A stretch of DNA of 64,000 nucleotides, taken from the NCBI RefSeq assembly GCF_024521635.1, contig NW_026250424.1:248001-312000 (forward strand). Reading direction: 5' to 3'. The DNA comes from Tricharina praecox. Lineage: Eukaryota. The notes beneath the pieces are model-generated. The model searched no databases. It was not told the origin of the DNA and worked only from the letters and a program-made list of their open reading frames with translations. Every line of letters starts with the position of its first letter. The stretch's first letter is position 1. Positions 25,353 to 37,291 of the stretch are shown in pieces. Position numbers and translations under genes: made by a program.

Positions 25353-28300
25353 ATTTGTACATATTGTAATCGATTCTGGGGGGGGGGGGAAATCAGTCTA
25401 TAGAATAGATTCTGTGGACAGCCAGAGAATTGTCTCCGAGCACATAGGGCGCGTTTTGATATTGCGCTAGTCCCCTAAGCGCTCTAGTCTGACCTAGTGC
25501 GCGCTTTAGACCTATAACAGTGACATTTATACCCAGACCTCTCATGTGAGATAATACGGTAGAGCAGGTGTGCGCCATCGTTTCGGAGAAGCGAAGGTTG
25601 TGTTTATTTGTTTTGTTTTGTTTGGAGGCTGGACTCTGGACTCTGGACTCTGGACGCTGGAAGTGTGTTGCAACTCTGAACCCTACCCTCAATGCCCTGG
25701 CACCGCGGCTGGAAGTTGCCGCAGCGAATCGAATGGAATCTAGCGATGCCGCTACTATCTACCGCTTCAATTCCTACGCCGCTCGAGTTACCGTATCTGG
25801 TATGTGGAATGTTGTTCGGAGGAGGAGGAGGAGCCTGGAGGAGGCGATTGGACTACGCCGTGAGTGACGTAGCATGATCCCCTGCCTGCTCTGTGCCATG
25901 TGCCTACTGCCCAGTAACTAACCAGTAACCAGTGCCCGTCGGCGTGAATGCTAGGCTATGCATAGAACTTCCTCCCGTAAGGCGTAACCACGCCTGTAAC
26001 TAAGCCTGTAACTAAGCCTGTAACTAACTCAACTCAACTCAACTCCTTCACCTTCACCTTCGAGGCTTCGAGTTCGACCGTGTCATCCATATTCCAGACA
26101 AGAGAGGCTTCCCCTCCCCGGGTACTCTTCCCCTCCCATCGTCGAATGTCCATGCCACATGCACGTCTGACGGGGCCGGGCGGGGCGGGGGGAATGTAGG
26201 TGCCCGGGATTGACCCCAGGAGCGACTCACGAGAGATCATGCCAACCCGCGCAGGCATAAACACCCGCTTTAACATACCGGTATGTAGAGTAGGTGCACT
26301 ACTTCCCGCAACGGCAGCCACCCCCATTCAATGGTTCACTACGACGCTCGTGACCCAGCACGGTACTTTGGCATCTCGGGAGTTGGTACTCGGTGGTATG
26401 GGCTTGGAGGAGTGAGAACATGGCCGGTATACCTACATGCTCTCACTCAGGTTCTCATGTAGGCAGAATGGGATCGGATATATACTTACCCACTCCACTC
26501 CACTTCAGGTAGAGTACTATACTCTAGTCCCACCGTTTCCTGTCGAACCCGCCGCCACTCTACATATTCTCTATTCTCTGTCTGACGAACAACCGCAACA
26601 ACTGCATGTCCAAATTCCCCAAATTCCAGTTAATGCGACCAAGGGTGCGCAAAGCCTGACGGTCGGTGCATGGGCTATGATTGGTCCTAAACCGTCGGTG
26701 GGAGTCCATTCGCAGGGGTAGGGACATACATTGGGTACGTTGGGTGTGTGCAAGGTTGGCGGCGCGGTTTCCGCGATTGTAGTTACTCTACCTGTTGCTC
26801 GCCGCGGTGACGGCGTCTGTTGGGAAGCCTGTTGGGAAGTCGGTTGGCGACGGTGACGCAACAGTACCGGTTCTTCTGTGTGTGGGGTGGGGGGGGGGGG
26901 GGGGGGGGGGGCAGGGTGTGAGAGAGAGATGGGATGTAAAGTCTGTGTGTGCTTGTGTGTGCTCAATCAAGCCTTGGGGATTCTCGATAACTAAGGCTCT
27001 GGGTACTGCAATGAACTGCATGCCAAACACAAAAGTGAAGTACCCATCGTGCTGTTGATAGTGCAAATCCCAACGCCGGCATACCGTTAGCTACAGACGC
27101 GTCAATCGTCAGTCGTCAGTCGCCAGTCGTCAATCGTCAGTCGCCACTCAATCACCAGTGACCAGTGGGCCCGCCCAACATACATACTAGTATGTAACGT
27201 GCGGCCTAGCCGGGGATGTGCACTAGGATGGCATAGTGCGCGCTGAAAACCAAACCACTTCGAAGTTCGCCAAACCGCGGGTCCGCTCGGGCCCGATGCG
27301 CCAAGAGGGGGGATCATTCGGCCCTATGTAACTATGTCATAGACATACGATATCTACGATGCCTACATACACGGAGAGATAGGACGATCACGAGGATCGT
27401 ATGCATGTAGATATGTTGATATGTGTGTAGATATGTGTTTGTCGCCGCTCGATGCGGATACTCCACATACCTACTCCACATTTCTACTCTAGATACCTGC
27501 TCTAGTCTCTAGATACATACGGCACAGAGCAGATGACCCACCGCGATCATCCATATCTCCATATCCACCTACCCAGCTACCTGCGCACCTGCCCACCACA
27601 GCTGGCCGTTCCATCCGCAATCTCTCTCCGCCACCACCACCGCCCACCAAAATCCTTCGTCGCCAACGACATCAGCCTGAACGTGCGGGACGACCACCCT
27701 CCCCCCCTCCCCTCACCATCCACCCCCGCTCCCCAGCCACGCAAAAGAAAAAAGCGAAAAGAAGAAAAAATCGTTCAGCCCCGGGGCTTACGGTGCAGAT
27801 GTGCAGATGTCAGTCAAGTGAAGTGGCGAGGTAGGTAATCTAATCAGGAACGAAGCCGACCGGCAACCACGCAGCGCAATTGATTTACATACGAAATAAC
27901 CAGCGGCAGTCCCCGCCGTATCGAGAAAGTCGCCGGATGCTGGATGGCTGCTGGATGGCTGATGGATGAGGCCCCGCGAGGGCCGAGGCGACTCGGCCCG
28001 CGCTTCCAAGACAGATGTCGTACGCCGCAGATGACATATGTACCGTAGAGTACATACCCGGGTAGGTGGGTGGGAGTACTGGTGAGATGTGAGTGATAGG
28101 TACAGTACTCACTCACGTATGTACGTGGTTCTATAACTGTAGGTACTCCAGCAAGAATCAACTGAACGCTACAGTGCAGTGCAGTGCAGTCTTCCGAACG
28201 CGCGTCCGGCGTGGATGAGTCGTGTATCATACGTACAATACATACATCCGACGGTCGAATTGGCTCATCGGAGATTCGGCGCCGTATCCAAGTACCTACA

Positions 28301-29347
28301 ACTTACGTACATACCGCTAGATACTTCGGCTGTGGCTAGAGAAGTTGGATCACTGCTTCTCCACTCACACTCACTCGATCACTGGCGCTCGCTCCCCCGC
28401 ATGCAATAATAAAATCGATTCTCCCTCTCGCTCTATCTCTCTATGAGAGGTGATTTCTCGTGGGGCTGGTAGGAAAGGACGGGTAGGCGGGGCCGCCAGT
28501 AAGGCCGTATGCGACGATAAATTGATGTTCCATCTCTCTCTCTCTATGGGAGGTATTTGTCAACTCACCGAATCCTTCCCGATGCAGCAGCACGGCGGTC
28601 GGCGATAGTGGAGTGCCGAGGTCGACAACGATCGCACTCGGCTTCTGGTGCGTCGCAAGCTGTCTCTATGCGTATAATGTCTGCGTGGATGTGGCCTGTA
28701 ATTGTCATACACTGACGAAACAAACGTGGACCTGGGAATACCTTGTCCAGACTCTATGAAATGGAATGGAGATAGTATGGAGGTATGGTATGGAGGTATA
28801 ATAGTGGTTGCTTGGTTTGGGTGGAGTGGAGTGCATGGATCTGCCCCGTAGACTCGGTACCAAGGTACTTGCAGAGAGGCCTGATGGGAATTGGGGACAC
28901 CACTTTCTTCGTAATTGTCACTCGGTGTTGGTTCTTCCGACGTTGACAGGATACGGTACATGCCTTTTGATGCTCCTGACTGTCACTCGTGTAGCTGGAG
29001 CGAAATTATCGAATAGGTATACCGGTATCTGTTCTGCTGGCAGTACTGGGCTTGGAAATTTGGCGTTATCCAGCTGGGGGAGTTCATCGAAATCACAGTC
29101 CAGTGTCTGAATGGCGGTGCAACGAATCTCGAAAGTGAGCACCGCTTCCGAGAAAATAACTAACGGCTGCTCCCGTTGAAGCTTGGAACTTGGTTTGGGT
29201 CGCAGACACCAAAGCTTGGCAGCCACTAAGAAACCCTACTCCGTACCTGTTAGTACGGTAACTAGAGCAACTACGAGCACGCGTTCCTCCGCCCGTTCCA
29301 CCAAATTAACGCGTCCCCCTCCCCCACTTCACCGATACCTCAACACC

Positions 29348-30158
29348 ATGACCAACTTCGAGAACCCCGTCTGTTTTTTCGACGTCGCTCTGGGCGGTAC
29401 TATACCCCTCCTCCTCTGCCTGCCCCTCCTCCCACCTCCGATCCTCACTAACTCTCTATCTCTCCAGGCGAACTACTCGGCCGCATCAAAATGGAGCTCT
29501 ACCCAAAGATCGTCCCCAAGACCGCCGAAAACTTCCGACAACTCTGTACCGGCGAGACCAAGGGCCGCGGCGGGAGGCCCCAGGGCTACAAGGGGTGTAA
29601 ATTCCATCGTGTGGTGAGTTTCTCTTTGAGCAGGTGGCTGTAGTGGTGATGGTGGTGGTGATGGTGGACGGAGTGGAGTGGAAGACTGATGTCGTGTAGA
29701 TGAAGGACTTCATGTGAGATCCCCCGACGAAAGGGAAGGGGATCGAATGACGAATGGCACCGGTGCTAATCCCGCGCAGGATCCAGGGCGGCGATTTCCT
29801 GAACGGCGATGGAACTGGTAGCACTACCATCTACGGCTCGGACAAGTTTGCGGACGAGAACTTTATAATCAAGCACGACCAACCGGGGATCCTTTCCATG
29901 GCGAAGTACTCCGCCCCCTCCCCCCACCTCTACGTACGTGTGCGCAGGGACTGATCTGATCGATATAGCTCCGGCCCAAATACCAATGGCTGCCAGTTCT
30001 TCATCACGAGCAAGCCGCATCCGTTCCTGGATGGTCAGTACGTCGCATTCGGAAGGGTCATTGACGGCATGGATGTGGTCAGGAAGATTGAGAATGTTCG
30101 CTGTATTCTGGATAGGCCCACGACGGATGTGGTGATTACGCAGTGCGGAGAGATGTGA
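29348..30158 (+). CDS. PPIH: Peptidyl-prolyl cis-trans isomerase, cyclophilin H type (U4/U6 snRNP); exons 29348-29396, 29468-29613, 29700-29713, 29780-29905, 29969-30158
   Basis: [69 protein letters not shown]-terminal QCGEM typical of cyclophilin H. Confidence 0.9.
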
Positions 30159-30836
30159 GGCGGCGGGGGGCGGGAGATTAGTACATATATCTGGATCGCG
30201 GCGATGTGGGGAATAATAGGATAGAGTGGAGTGGGCTCGCCTGCTTCTTAATTTCGACAGGTTAGTTGTTTCTCCTGATGGTTATCTTGGCGTGCTATCA
30301 GGTTGATGGTTTAGCTCCTCGATGCATCAGCTCAAACCGCGATTCGTAAAAGTACTTACCTCATAGCAATTGTAATCAATCCTTCGTCTTCAATGGCCAC
30401 TTATTCACTTGCCCGCACTCGCGCCCCACTCCTACCCTCAGCCGGGTAATCACCACCGGGAATATCCGCCCTACCACGTGCTTAGGCGAAGCCGCCATCT
30501 TATCTAGGCAGCATCGCCCGCCAACCCCACGATTTCGATCTCGCGTTTCTTCCAGAGTCTTCTCGATGACGCCCCAGCCGTTCTTGGCCTAACGCCTTGT
30601 ACCATCATAGGGTACACACCTATATAGCACTTCCAGCTCCCGCTATCTATATGTAAACCCGCCATCGCCAACCCTTGCTTTCCAGCCAGCTATCTACCTA
30701 CCCACACCGCACCCATCGATTGATTTGTCTACCTACCAACCTACCTACCACACTACGCCGTGAATTGAACTTCCCCACAACACCCAGCAACACCCAGCAA
30801 AGCAACACGACCACCACGGACAAAAACAACGGAACA

Positions 30837-31718
30837 ATGGATTGGCTCCCCGCCCCCGTCGCCGGCACGAAGCGGCCAGCGGAGTCTCCCGCGCCCACAG
30901 CTCCACTAGCAAAGCGGCTAAGCCTGCTATCACTGCGTCCCCCGTCACCACCGAGCAGTACTCCCACCCTCCCCTCCCCCTACCCGCACCAGCTAACCTA
31001 TTCCCCAGAGCCACGGCGGCGCCGCCGGCGACAGCCCGAGCAAAACTCCACTCCCACTCCCACTCCCTTCGCACCAGCAACATCACCATCACACCAGCCA
31101 GCACAACGAGCACAATCATCATCACCAACAATGGAGCGGATGGAGCGCATGGACGTCGACAACGTGGTGTACATCGACCACCTATCGAGCTCCGACTACT
31201 CCTCATCCTCATCCTCATCCGACGACGAAGGCGACGGCGACGGCAACAGTAGGAGGAAGAAACTCACGTTCATACCCGACATCGAGCGGGAGATGACGCG
31301 GATTCCGGATTACATACTGAATCCGGGCGGGAGTGGGGCGAGGGGGGGTGGGGGTGAGGGCATGGGCGTGGGCGCGGAGACTGCGGCGAAGGGAATGGAG
31401 CTCGTGCTGTACAGGGATGTGCCTGACAGCCTGAGCACTGAGGATGAGGGCGGGGGCGCGGCGGTGAGGCGGGCGATCCTGGAGAGTAAGCGTAGGTGGA
31501 GGGAGGAGGGGGCGAGACGTGCGGCGGCTGCGGCGAGTATGGGCGCGAATGGGTTCGCGGTCAATGCCGGCGGCCAGCAGCAGCAGCAGGCGGTGCAGAT
31601 CAATGGGTACACTGGACAGGCGCAGGCGAATGGGTATGTCGGGGAGCCGGCGATGGGGCCGGGCCCGGGGGGCTATGGATACGATTATGATCCTGATGCA
31701 ATGGAAATTGAACTATGA
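30837..31718 (+). CDS. Conserved-looking fungal hypothetical protein, largely disordered
   Basis: Intronless ORF with GC3-rich codons; non-repetitive blocks LAKRLSLLSL, VVYIDHL, LTFIPDIEREMTRIP, MELVLYRDVPDSLS, VRRAILE, terminal DAMEIEL. Confidence 0.75.
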   Translation: MDWLPAPVAGTKRPAESPAPTAPLAKRLSLLSLRPPSPPSSTPTLPSPYPHQLTYSPEPRRRRRRQPEQNSTPTPTPFAPATSPSHQPAQRAQSSSPTMERMERMDVDNVVYIDHLSSSDYSSSSSSSDDEGDGDGNSRRKKLTFIPDIEREMTRIPDYILNPGGSGARGGGGEGMGVGAETAAKGMELVLYRDVPDSLSTEDEGGGAAVRRAILESKRRWREEGARRAAAAASMGANGFAVNAGGQQQQQAVQINGYTGQAQANGYVGEPAMGPGPGGYGYDYDPDAMEIEL

Positions 31719-32485
31719 CTCCCACTACCAGTAGCAGTAGCAGTAGCGCTCACTGAGCTCCGCGCAGCGTATGTTTATACGAACGAACAGTGACCTCTCC
31801 TTGCTCCACCTCCTCGCATCTCGACCCCTCATCTCCTACCTACTTGTAATAAGCACACGACGACGACACAAACTCCAAATATACATGTATGTAAAAGTAG
31901 TACAAAACGATCAAGATCAAAGAACAAGAACAAGAAAAGGAAAAGAAAAACGAGTCAGTGATGATGAATGATGGTTCCGCTGTCCCATCCCGAAAGAAAG
32001 AAAAAACAAAGAAAAATAACAACAAAAAATAGCCAACCCAACATGCAACCGATGATCCCGCTCCCCACCCCCTTCCCCTTCCCCTTTTCCCTATGATAAA
32101 CGAAATAGTTATGGACGACACAAAAACGGAGTCACCCAGGACTGCGACGTATTGGACGAATGAACGAATGAACGGAAGACCAAAAAGGCAAGTGAAAAGG
32201 AGAGAGAGAAACACACCCAGTCGACAAAAACTCCTCCCGCAAAACCCGAAGCCCGAAAGATTTATGGAGAAAAAATAACAAAATCATATAACGATAAACG
32301 ATATAGAAAGAAAAAAGCAAAAATGGTAAGATGCATGCTGCACGAGCGATAATGTTGGGAAAATATTGCCGAAGGTGTTGGGGAAATATATAAAAAAAGA
32401 GGGTAATAATTTCACCCCCCCTGGTGGTAGTGGCGGGGGGAGCGGGAAATTGGACCGACATGACAGGGCGGCGAGTCCAGAGTAC

Positions 32486-33221
32486 CTACGAGTAACGGGG
32501 CGGAGGGACCGACGGCGGAGGCAGCGCAAGGAAGGCGCCGCTGCTACCCTCGCCGTTCGCGCGCTGTACGTGCTGCGGGTCCTCGAAGGGATTCGGTTTC
32601 GGCGACGACGCGGCGGCCGACGACGAGAACCCGGGGTATGCTGGTGGCTGCGCGAGATGCGGATTGTACACCGGCGGCGGGACCGCGTGCATGTCGTAGC
32701 CATCCCCAGCTCCGCCGCCTCCTCCTCCTCCTCCGCTGCCGCCGCCGTAACCACCAACACCACCGCCGCCGCCGCCCCGGTGTCGCTCGTCGTGCTCGTA
32801 GAATGAGAAGTTCGCTTCTGGCACTCGCAGGTGAGGCTCGAAGCGCGCGCGGTACATCCGGGGGACCAGCCACTGCCAATCGATGCGCGTTAGCTGGCTG
32901 CACTCGACGTCGGTTGGACTTCACGGGGGGGAGGGGAGGGGGGGTGGATGTGCTCCAACTCCAACGTACCCGATGGTAGGGAAGCGGTGGTTGTCCCTTC
33001 CTCATGCGCTGTCGCGCGTGCATCCAGCTCCCGAAGATGACGAGGAACCCGAGCGACAACAACCCGAACAGTATCCCGTACTTTATCGCGGTGGCCTGCT
33101 CGGTGAAGTACCACGACTCTGTCCGCGAGCCGTCGCCGTCGTCGTCGCTGAAGTGGTCGTCGTCGATGGGAACATCATCTCGTCGGTGCAGCATCGCGGA
33201 TCGGTAGGCAGCTGCGGACAT
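32486..33221 (-). CDS. Rcr1-like small membrane protein with PPxY motifs (putative Rsp5 adaptor); intron 32873-32969
   Basis: One TM helix followed by HARQRMRKGQPPLPYHR|WL; PPPVY, PPAY and PPRY motifs; intron GTACGT...GCTAAC...GCAG joins two ORFs of the track. Confidence 0.75.
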
Positions 33222-34238
33222 GGTTGGGTGCTGTAGTATGCTGCTGCTGTTGCTATGCTACCTATCGTTCTGTGGTGTGCCTGGGTACTTAAGGGAAGTA
33301 TCTATCCACCCACTAACCAAGTACCAAGTAGGAATGGAAACCGAGTATATTCCAGCACACTGCTTAGTGGGGCCGCAGGCTGTCTTCTAACCGGCGAGGG
33401 GGGAGGTGGAGGGGGGCTATGTCGGGAAAGAACACGCTAAAACTACCAGCCAGACCGACCACACCAAGGTGTTCACTAAAAAATATTCGTCGTCACCAAA
33501 ACTCATCCAAGAATCGCTCTGGGCACAAAAGAATAAAAGCAGATAAGCGTGAGCTGTAGAGAAGAGACTGTCTGGGTTATGTACCTAGGTACTCTGGGGT
33601 GGGGACGTCGGTCGCTGACGCACATCACCAGGATTCCGTGTAGCTGGAGATTTAGCACATTCGAGTTAACAGGTACTAGGTAGAGTATCCAAACTCTCTT
33701 CTTCAACCTAGGTATCTAAAGAATAGCATGGTGCTCTAAGCTCGCCCATTCACGTGGAGGAATTTGCTGGGTGAATCGAGTGATCTTTCAGTGATTCTTC
33801 AATCCATCTCATCCTGGAGCCCTCTCAGATATATAGTAGAGTATCTACACACCTAGCAACAGTACTCCCAATTACTCCAGTGCACAAGAGGTGGTATAAC
33901 CATCCTACCTACTTCTAACATGCGTCCCGAGGAAGAGAGAGGAGCTGCTTGAAAACCGGTGATCTCTCCAACGCAAAGATGAAACACAACCGCACATCCG
34001 AAACCCAGCACTGCCATTACCATCGAATAACTGTGCTACCTGTCTCAAAGCATAAAATGAAGAACAAGCAAAACCAATTAAACCCAAAATCCTCCGGTAC
34101 GCCAGAGTTAGCACTTGATTACTACGACGATAGCGACAACATAAACAACACAGCTCTTGGCTTAACTAAAAACACCTTTTTGCCTTACGGATCGGAAGCA
34201 TCTGGTTGGAGTCCGAGAGTGAAGGAACCCGAGCAAGA

Positions 34239-34310
34239 AAAGGGACGGAGCACGGGAAAGGGACGGAGCACGAGAAAGGGACTGAGCACGAGAAAGGGAC
34301 GGAGTAAGAG
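34239..34310. repeat. 18-bp minisatellite (AAAGGGACGGAGCACGRG)x4
   Basis: Read directly from the sequence. Confidence 0.85.
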
Positions 34311-34450
34311 AAGAAAAGGAATAGAAGTGCAGCACTATGTAGGTAGGTATTCCCAGCGAGAAATAAGTCATATGCTGATCCTAAAAAGGTAGCGAGTATG
34401 TACAAAAGGACTTACAGCAAGTGCGGGAATGTGAAGGAAGAGAGAAGAAG

Positions 34451-35230
34451 CAGTGCCTCCGATAGCCCAGTCCGGATGGAGGCGTGGACTGGGCTGGGCA
34501 GTCTGCGCAACTGGTAGGACTGGACGGACTGCGGTCGACTGGATGGACTACAGTCGACTGGATGGACTGGTACTTTTGAATGGAAAATGTTTCAAATCAG
34601 TAAACAACTCTTTTTACACGTCCACAGTACAGCTGTTGCAGATCCTCCTCGCACTGTGCATTGAGCAAAGGTAGTCTTCATCTTCTTGATATCTCCTTTT
34701 GCAGCAGCTACAAGACCATCTCGTTACCAGCTTTTAAAACATTCCAGTGCCTCCAGTGCGTCCTTACTCATGCTGCAGCGGCGATGAGAGAGAGGTTTTA
34801 GCCCCACAAAAAACTTGTTCCGGCTCTGCGCTCATGGCGGGAATGCTCAAATACTCGAGGCCCCTTCTGGCAAGATCTTTCCAGCCAGGTTCATGTGATT
34901 TATTCGCCCAGTATTGACCAAATTGTCGATGGAACCGCATGGGGTCGGTTCCTGCTGGAAAACCTGGATCATATCTCGATGCTCAACACGTTGTAACTAG
35001 TGCACGGCGCTTGCGGTCCCATCTGCTCTTTACCTTCGCGGTAGACGGTGCATCTGCTCCACCTATGATCTGCATCAGCTTCAGATGGAGAGCTGACTTG
35101 ATACGAAAAGAGAACACGTGATAAGTTGAAAGAGTTCTGCCCGCTAGCCACATAGTTCGACTCAAAAAAATCAGAAGGTGGCAGTCCGAGGCGGCAAACT
35201 GCCGTCCGGACTGGACTATCGGGAGCACTA
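34451..35230 (-). mobile_element. Non-autonomous hAT DNA transposon derivative (element A) retaining the transposase C-terminal dimerization region
   Basis: Termini CAGTGCCTCCGATAG ... CTATCGGGAGCACTA; minus-strand YWANKSHEPGWKDLARRGLEYLSIPAMSAEPEQVF...ALEALECFKSW*; subterminal GGACT repeats; no TSD seen. Confidence 0.88.
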
Positions 35231-35277
35231 TATATACAGTATGTAGCGAGTACAGAAGGACCTGCAGCAAGTGCGGG

Positions 35278-35414
35278 CAATGTTCTCCATAGGTAGTCCG
35301 GTCCAGTCCGTCCGGACTACTTTTATCCCGTCCTCAAAAAGGCACGGACAATACTGGATCTTGATAGTCCGTCCCGTCCGGACTGCGGTCTGGTCCGGAC
35401 TATGGAGAACACTG
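35278..35414. mobile_element. hAT-type MITE (element C), 137 bp
   Basis: TIRs CAATGTTCTCCATAG / CTATGGAGAACACTG (14/15); perfect 8-bp TSD AGTGCGGG at 35270-35277 and 35415-35422. Confidence 0.92.
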
Positions 35415-35834
35415 AGTGCGGGAATGTGAAGGAAGGGGGAAGAGGGCAAAGAAGAGGTGCTCCCACGTCTGGACTCGGGATCTTGGTGGAACCATTCGTA
35501 CCGTGTGTCCGGGCGGCTCTGCGTTCACTGGGGGTGCTAGTTGGCAGATCGGTGCCCCGTCTTCAGCTGGTAGAGCCGTAATACGGTTATTACGAAGAAC
35601 AAATTTCGACATTGCGGATGTCACAGTGATATGCTATGATTCGATCCAGCCGGGTGACAGATTATGTTCATGGAGCTGCGCGCTTACACGTGAGGAGCCT
35701 TGCGAGTAATATGCTCGTCCTGGACCACGCATAGCCGACGGGATTTTGTCGCCATAGCGAATCGTTCATGCATACTTCGACGCTGACTGGAGCCAGAGCG
35801 GGTATTTTCCACGACAGAAGTGATTGGAGGAGAC

Positions 35835-36462
35835 CAGTGCTCCCGGTAGTCCCGTCCGGACGGCAGTCCGGGCTGGACAGACTGCATCAGTCTAGTCCAG
35901 TCCATACAATTGGGGGACGATTGAATTCAGTCCGTCCAAACATTTTGCCGTCTCGGACTGCAGTCGACTGCAGTCGAGTACTGGGCGAATAAATTACATG
36001 AACCTGTCTGGAAAGATTTCGCTAGAATTGGCCTCGAGTATTTGAGCATTCCCGCCATGAGCGCAGAGCCGGAACGGGTTTTTAGTGGAGCTACAAACTC
36101 TCTCTCATCGCCGCTGCAACATGAGTAATGACGCACTGGAGGCACTGGAATGTTTTAAAAGCTGGTAACGAGATGGTCTTGTAGCTGCTGCAAAAGGAGA
36201 TATCAAGGAGATGAAGACTATGTACAATGCAAAGTGCGAGGAGGATCTGCATAGCTGTACTATAGACGTGTACAAAAATTGCATTACTGATTTGAAACAT
36301 TTTCCATTCAAAGTACCAGTCCATCCAGTCGACTGCAGTCCGTCCAGCTCTACCAGTTGCGCAGACTGCCCAGTCCAGCCCATGCCTCCAGCCGGACTGA
36401 ACCTCTTAGTCCAGTCCGACTTTTGCCGAAAGACGGACTGGACTGGACTATCGGAGACACTG
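35835..36462 (+). mobile_element. Non-autonomous hAT derivative (element B), inverted relative to element A
   Basis: TIRs CAGTGCTCCCGGTAGTCC / GGACTATCGGAGACACTG; 8-bp TSD GAGGAGAC / AAGGAGAC (7/8); YWANKLHEPVWKDFARIGLEYLSIPAMSAEPERVFSGA hAT dimerization motif, then frameshift and stop. Confidence 0.92.
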
Positions 36463-37291
36463 AAGGAGACAATCACCGGAGGTGTATGCCGTAGGACGCA
36501 TGGCGATATATTCCACATTTGAGTACCAACCACCCGGTCAGCCTAGGATTCGTCAAAAGCGCCTGGCAGCTTGGGGACTCACAAAGCTACTACGACTAGG
36601 AATGAAAAAAAGTCTCGTCGTTGGTGAGGGACTGTCCACAATTCGTGGCGTTGATAACCTCCCTGCGTTGATCCGTCTTCCTTGTTCAATGAATGTCCAA
36701 GAGCTTCCGTCCAGGTCTTTAAGACTTCCTCCCGAGTGGATTCCTCCCATTGGCCAACCAAAAATTCGCCTGAGAATCCACCCGACACCTTGGATGGCCT
36801 TTCATCAGTGATGTGTTTAGATCGGCGCAGATGCCGAAGCCTGGACTCCTTCTGGTTGGCTCTCGCAAAAAAACGTGCTGGACAGAGAACTAGTATCTAT
36901 GGCTCGGAGTACCGCACGTATGCGGGCCGGGTGCATCTCTGACTATTTTTCCATTCCTGCTCATAGCCTGATGTCTGGAACATGTCGTGAGGAGCCTCGT
37001 CACTAAGAATGCATTGGAAGCAACCAATAGTCGTGAATATTCCGGCCAGCTGAACTCTAGTGCAGCGAAACCCACTGCCCAATAAACGCCACGTACCGTA
37101 CCTAAGTATATACTCAGTGGACCGGACATATCATATATTCCTGGTCGGTTTACAATACGTGCGCTCTACATATATATATATATAAAACATGGTGAATACT
37201 TCAAGTCCGGAATACCCCAGATCAATGACTGGGACCGACCCAACAGGTTCACTCTCTGCCCTGCAGCCTTGACCCGCGAGTACATACCAAG

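Noticed and set aside
28560..29226. Minus-strand ORF fragments upstream of cyclophilin
   Set aside because: No recognisable motif or consistent exon structure
12565..30158. RNA-processing gene cluster (UTP23, PRP22, cyclophilin H)
   Set aside because: Common housekeeping classes interleaved with unrelated genes; no evidence of a functional cluster
34239..34310. Short direct-repeat arrays (also 534-597) as CRISPR-like
   Set aside because: Head-to-tail repeats without unique spacers; eukaryotic context, no cas genes
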